Below, piece by piece: positions 28,385 to 32,873 of a stretch of 32,873 bases of DNA. The stretch spans positions 1 through 32,873 of the forward strand of contig JBLWGC010000052.1 in the NCBI GenBank assembly GCA_048772705.1. The letters are read 5' to 3'. The notes under the pieces are model-generated. The model had not been told where the DNA came from, did not search any database, and was given only the letters and a program-made list of their open reading frames with translations. Position 1 is the first letter of the stretch, and each line of letters begins with the position of its first letter. The stretch comes from Leidyana gryllorum EB-2025a (Eukaryota > Protista > Apicomplexa). Both the position numbers and the translations under genes were made by a program.

Positions 28385-28726
28385 GGGCGAATGGCCGGGT
28401 TGCAGCCTCGCCTGTTGAGTCAACAACTCAGATCCTGTCTTGGCTGTCAGGGACAGTGTGCGGGATGGGTCGAGGTGCCGTGTTGGGTCAACAACTATCA
28501 GACGGGCTGTTCTGGATATTAAACCAGGACTTCTTCCACCCGAAACAAGTGCATACCACTAGACCAAACAGCCGCCTATCGGTGGTGCAAGCCGCCGATA
28601 GAGATGCTTTAGGAAGTGAGCACCCCCGGCCGTACAACTTCTTCGGGGCTGGAGGCCGATACACCGCACCCAGACGACAGTCGCAACGGAAGCCGTTTGC
28701 ACGCTGAAACTCAGAAGGGAAGTAAC

Positions 28727-28810
28727 GCACAGATGCCCGAGTGGTCTAAGGAGCCAGACTCAAGTTCTGGTAGGCGCAAGTCTGCATGGGTTCGAATCCC
28801 ATTCTGTGCA
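28727..28810 (+). tRNA. tRNA-Leu-CAA: tRNA-Leu(CAA)
   Basis: GCACAGA/TCTGTGC; loop CTCAAGT. Confidence 0.9.
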
Positions 28811-29221
28811 ACGGTGATCATTACCAAAAATAGGCTGGAAAAGGCCACAGTAGATTCGAGTCTCCATCCGTAATCCGGTTGCATGCATCCAAGTATTCGG
28901 CTGTTGTTCTGGATCCTTCCTTGGGGTGGAAGGAGTCCTGGGTTCGATTCCCAGAACAGCCCTCTTGGTCGTCGGTTGACCCGACGGGACAAGTTGCCCT
29001 CAGAACCAACACAGCATTTCATTAGCCCACTTCGGTAGGGCAGTCAGGGCAACTAACATCTCCAGAATTGCATTTCGGCTATTTCTTCCATGTTGCAGAC
29101 TGAGCAGTGTAGCTCAGTGAAAAGTGTTGAGCTCATAATCCAAAGGTCCGTCAACGAAACGACGCACTGCTAAGTGTGCGGAGAAGGGGAACCGTTATAG
29201 CATAGATTGCCTCGCGAGCAA

Positions 29222-29293
29222 AGCCTTCTGCCGGAATCGAACCGGCGACCTTTCGCTTACTAAGCGAATGCTCTGCCCCTAAGCTAAGAAGGC
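29222..29293 (-). tRNA. tRNA-Thr-AGT: tRNA-Thr(AGT)
   Basis: Intact cloverleaf. Confidence 0.93.
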
Positions 29294-29523
29294 ATTCGCT
29301 GTCTCCATCCATATGAGGGTTTGATGCTGGGAATAGCATCATTTCCACCACAGAATTCATGCGTGAGTTGGTGTCTGACCCCTCCAATCACATCGCACGA
29401 CAACTGCTGGATCTGCACTAGTTCCTCACTCGGACAAGTTGGCAACTGTCGATTCCGTCATGTGGCGAGAGACATACAGCCGCGGTAAGTGCTTATTTTC
29501 ACCGCCTTCCATGACTACCTACC

Positions 29524-29596
29524 GCCTCGGTAGCTCAGTTGGGAGAGCGCCAGACTGAAGATCTGGAAGTGCCATGTTCGATCCACGGCCGAGGCA
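29524..29596 (+). tRNA. tRNA-Phe-GAA: tRNA-Phe(GAA)
   Basis: Loop CTGAAGA; T-stem mismatch. Confidence 0.85.
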
Positions 29597-29660
29597 GAGA
29601 CGTTGTGACATTTGGTGTCACTATCTCAAGTGTCCTCAGCGGTTTGCACGACCGACAGGC

Positions 29661-29732
29661 GGCTGTTTGGTCTAGTGGTATGCTTCTTCTTTCGGGTGGA
29701 AGAAGGCCTGTGTTCGACTCCCAGAAGAGCCC
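29661..29732 (+). pseudogene. tRNA-Pro(CGG), degenerate
   Basis: Several stem mismatches. Confidence 0.65.
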
Positions 29733-29870
29733 GTCTGATAGTTGTTGACTGAATGCCACGTCTCTCCAAGGTCGGCTACCATACGCGGCTCCCACTCGTA
29801 TAATCCCGGATGAAGTCCAGACCAGCTGAGACAAAATCTAAGTTGCAGCAGTTGTGAGGGGCTGGAACTG

Positions 29871-29942
29871 CTCCGAGACCGGGAATCGAACCCGGGTCTT
29901 CCGCGTGACAGGCGGAAATACTAACCACTATACTATCTCGGA
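29871..29942 (-). tRNA. tRNA-Asp-GTC: tRNA-Asp(GTC)
   Basis: Intact cloverleaf. Confidence 0.95.
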
Positions 29943-30341
29943 CGCTCTGAACACGCCGCCCTCCAACCCCAAAAGTCCTTCCATTTTGAGATGTCAAGCA
30001 CAGAAAACGCGTGGAGCGGCGAGCCAACAACATGCCGGCAAAGATGGCCGAGTTGCCCAAGACGCTGTGCTCAGACTGCAGTCCGAAAGGTCGTGGGTTC
30101 GAATCCCAGTCTTGTCAGCCATGGTATCGGCACTCCGTCAGCCACTGGATGAATTAGGTCTTCCATGTTGTACGCATGGGCGGCTAGCTCAGATGGTAGA
30201 GCGCTCGCTGTGCATGCGAGAGAGGTACTGGGATCGACAGCCAGGTCGTCCAAACTCCATGCAACTTTGGCTGCAGAGAAACGGCTGGCGCGTGGTCCAA
30301 AAATGTGAATGTTGTTATCTCAATCTAGTCGAAAAGCCGCG

Positions 30342-30414
30342 GCCTACGTGGCGTAATGGATAGCGCGTTGGACTTCTAGTCCAAAGGTGGCGAGTTCGAA
30401 TCTCGCCGTAGGTA
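30342..30414 (+). tRNA. tRNA-Arg-TCT: tRNA-Arg(TCT)
   Basis: TTGGA CTTCTAG TCCAA. Confidence 0.85.
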
Positions 30415-30636
30415 GCCAAATGCTCAGCACTTTACTTCGATGATTTGGCTGACTCTAGCTGCCTTCGCTGTGGATTGTTGTTCACTGTAGTCTGAGTGGC
30501 TAGGATATGCGGCCTCACCCGCAAGCTCCGGACTCAAGTCCGGTGGAAGTCAGGGGTTGAAGTCAGTGGAATACTTGAGCAAAGTGCCCAGCAATCTCCG
30601 TCAATAGTGTCTGATTCGTGATCTTCGGCTTGCATT

Positions 30637-30708
30637 GCCTTCTTAGCTTAGGGGCAGAGCATTCGCTTCGTAATCGAGAAGTCGCCGGTTCGATTCCGGC
30701 AGAAGGCT
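30637..30708 (+). tRNA. tRNA-Thr-CGT: tRNA-Thr(CGT)
   Basis: Loop TTCGTAA; one stem mismatch. Confidence 0.8.
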
Positions 30709-30906
30709 TGACTGCATCGACTGGGCACCTGCAAAGCTTAAGTCTCTCAAGCTCCAATCATCTTAGCCGAGCCTCGTAGTTCAGCCACCAGAGGGTAAGT
30801 CCCTTAGCCACAAAGTCGCAGACTGGAACCTGCCAGTACTTGAGGCACCCACTAGCTCAACGCAGACTGCGGCCGAGTCTCGGGGTGCTGGAGCTCTTTC
30901 CCGAGT

Positions 30907-30976
30907 GCACTTGTGGTCCAGGGTAGGATGCGAGCTTCCCATGCTCGCAGCCCGGGTTCGAGTCCCGGCAGGTGCA
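30907..30976 (+). tRNA. tRNA-Gly-CCC: tRNA-Gly(CCC)
   Basis: As 11466 with 1-nt D-loop deletion. Confidence 0.85.
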
Positions 30977-31041
30977 GCCGATCGTACAGGGCTGCAACAA
31001 TATTTTCAACCGGGGCGAAGAGCAATGCACTTTAGACTGCT

Positions 31042-31113
31042 TGTCCGAGCCAGGAATCGAGCCTGGGTTTGCACGGCCACAACGTGCTGTCCTAACCACT
31101 AGACGACTCGGAC
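31042..31113 (-). tRNA. tRNA-His-GTG: tRNA-His(GTG)
   Basis: Same sequence as 11616-11687. Confidence 0.9.
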
Positions 31114-31340
31114 AATCTTTGAGCGAGGCTGTAGAGGTAGCGAAGCATCGATCAGGATGGAATGCGTTGTAAGAAGTCCACTCCTCAACTCCCGGCGGAC
31201 GGAATTTCCTCGTCGAATAGCTGATGCCACCACTACCATCAGATGGGTTGCCATCTAAGCACGCCGGGCCGTGAGAAAAGCCTTCCTTCTCGAGACTTCA
31301 CGAACAGAAAACGTGTAAAGTGGCGAGCCAAGAACACTCC

Positions 31341-31420
31341 GGCAAGATGGCCGAGTGGTCCAAGGCGCTGTGTTAAGGCCGCAGTCCGAAAGGGCGTGGG
31401 TTCGAATCCCACTCTTGTCA
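31341..31420 (+). tRNA. tRNA-Leu-AAG: tRNA-Leu(AAG)
   Basis: CTGTG TTAAGGC CGCAG. Confidence 0.93.
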
Positions 31421-31668
31421 GCCGTTTTATCGGCCCTCGGTCAGCCACTGGATGCAATAGGTCTTCCATGTAGAGCGCATGGGCGGCTAGCTCAGATGGT
31501 AGTGCGCTCTCTCCGCATGCGAGAGGTACTGGGATCGATACCCAGGTCGTCCAAAGTACATACGGCTGCACGTGGCGGGATCCAAACAAACTTACATCTT
31601 TGAAGAGTCGCAGACCACAAGTGCCATTGGGAGAGCAGCGCAGTCAGTGTTTAGTGTGCCTCTGAAAC

Positions 31669-31741
31669 CGGTCCTGGCAGGTTTCGAACTTGCGACTTTG
31701 TGGTTAACAGCCACACGCTCTGCCGACTGAGCTACAAGACC
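31669..31741 (-). tRNA. tRNA-Asn-GTT: tRNA-Asn(GTT)
   Basis: Loop CTGTTAA; one T-stem mismatch. Confidence 0.88.
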
Positions 31742-31856
31742 CAGCTACAATGGTTCACAGGTTAGTGTAGACATCCTCCTTTTTGTACCGCAGGATTGCA
31801 ACCACGTCTTGTCAAGAGGGTACGGCTCTCGGCTAAAGCTGCAGCTGAGGGAGTTG

Positions 31857-31929
31857 TCCACTGTAGTCTAAGTGGCTAGGATATGCGGCTCTCACCCGCA
31901 CGATCCGGGTTCAAGTCCCGGCAGTGGAA
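31857..31929 (+). tRNA. tRNA-Glu-CTC: tRNA-Glu(CTC)
   Basis: Intact cloverleaf. Confidence 0.94.
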
Positions 31930-32118
31930 GTCATTGAAGTACTCGAGCAAAGTGCTCCACTAATCTCCGTCAATAGCCATCGCTTCGTTATCTCCGACTT
32001 ACATTGCCTTCTAAGCTTAGGGGCAGAGCGTTCGCTTCGTAAGCGCCGGCTCGATTCCGGCAGAAGGCTTTGCTCACGACCCAGTCAATTCTATAACTGT
32101 TTCCCTCCTGCGCACACT

Positions 32119-32190
32119 TAGCAGTGCGTCGTTTCGATCGACGGACCTTTGGGTTATGAGCCCAACACTCTTCCACTGAGCTACACTGCT
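32119..32190 (-). tRNA. tRNA-iMet-CAT: initiator tRNA-Met(CAT)
   Basis: Intact; A1-U72. Confidence 0.93.
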
Positions 32191-32324
32191 CAGTCTGCAC
32201 CGTGGAAGAGGGAGCCGAAATGCGATTTTTGAGATGTTAATTGCCTTGAGTGCCGAAGTGGTAACGAGGTGGCTGTGTTACTTCTAAAACCTGCTTATCC
32301 CATCGGGTCAACCGACAACCAAGA

Positions 32325-32396
32325 GGGCTGTTCTGGGGATCGAACCCAGGACTCCTTCCACCCTAAGGAAGGATCATACCACTAGACCAAACAGCC
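32325..32396 (-). tRNA. tRNA-Pro-AGG: tRNA-Pro(AGG)
   Basis: Intact cloverleaf. Confidence 0.93.
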
Positions 32397-32639
32397 GCCT
32401 AGCCGGTGGTTCAACCCGCTGGGTACAGTCGAGAGACTCGTCTCACTATGTGGAGTATCACTCAATGCCATGAGGTAGGCACAGAGGGAGGCTAGCCCAG
32501 ACGATGAAACGGTGCTGGGTATACGAAAGGTTCCGGGATCGATTCTCAGCCCATCCGAACTACATAGATGGAACCCTCGCCAGAGTAGTCTGGTTGGCCT
32601 ATCAACGCTGTCTAGTACTTTCCCAATCACCACTCTACT

Positions 32640-32719
32640 TCCAGTGGGACGGAATCGAACCGCCGACTATCTGATGCCAGCACTACAGTCAGATGCTCTA
32701 CCAACTGAGCTACCCCCGG
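32640..32719 (-). tRNA. tRNA-Tyr-GTA: tRNA-Tyr(GTA) with 7-nt intron
   Basis: Inverted copy of 16961-17040; intron TGCTGGC. Confidence 0.87.
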
Positions 32720-32873
32720 CCGTCCAACTGCTCCGGGGTTCGAAAGGCTCAACCCCAGATCTTCGCCCTGTCGGACTGCGGTCTGAGCACAGCGCCTTAG
32801 ACAAATCGGCCATCTTGCCGGGATGTTGTTGGCTCGCCGCTCCACGCGTTTTCTGTGCTTGGAATCTCATAAT

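Larger units (their letters stand above)
31341..32819. repeat. Inverted copy of 16860-18339
   Basis: Same gene order reversed; near-identical spacers. Confidence 0.92.
1..32873. other. Mixed-isotype eukaryotic tRNA gene/pseudogene array
   Basis: About 145 cloverleaf-forming genes or near-copies with A/B boxes on both strands; all 20 isotypes; no credible CDS. Confidence 0.97.

Noticed and set aside
54-32870. All ORFs in the six-frame track (60-225 aa), including 26520-27197 and 13871-14446
   Set aside because: They are translations through tRNA genes (recurrent GIEPG, GSIPG, GFEPT, RVRFP motifs). They overlap on both strands, break differently between block copies, and show no recognisable domain.
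1-32873. CRISPR array or integron-like cassette array
   Set aside because: Repeats are ~72-84 nt tRNAs of many types with re-used spacers; there is no constant repeat with unique spacers and no cas or integrase gene.
1-32873. Bacterial or phage tRNA array
   Set aside because: A34 anticodons in many boxes, eukaryotic initiator features, an intron in Tyr, His without encoded G-1, no CCA ends, and mixed strands.
1-32873. tRNA-derived SINE cluster
   Set aside because: No poly-A or simple-repeat tails and no target-site duplications; introns and 5' flanks are duplicated with the genes.

Overview
The window is a dense, protein-free array of eukaryotic (Pol III type) tRNA genes on both strands. 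I list about 145 recognisable tRNA genes or pseudogenes, and dozens more eroded remnants fill the spacers, giving roughly one every 200 bp. All 20 isotypes are present, plus initiator and elongator Met. Eukaryotic hallmarks are A34 anticodons (AGC, AGT, AGG, AGA, AAT, AAC, AAG, ACG), no encoded CCA, an initiator Met with A1-U72 and an AUCG T-loop, His with A73 and no encoded G-1, and an intron-containing Tyr. The array is not a simple tandem repeat. It is a mosaic of 0.4-1.5 kb multi-tRNA blocks re-used in direct and inverted orientation, with junctions often at tRNA genes. Notable points are synonymous anticodon swaps between duplicated slots, several body/anticodon-mismatched genes, a multi-copy D-armless Gly-derived element with a UCA (opal) anticodon loop, a 7-nt Tyr intron, and few T-run terminators. 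No ORF in the track looks like a real protein. I cannot identify the organism, and all coordinates were read by hand.
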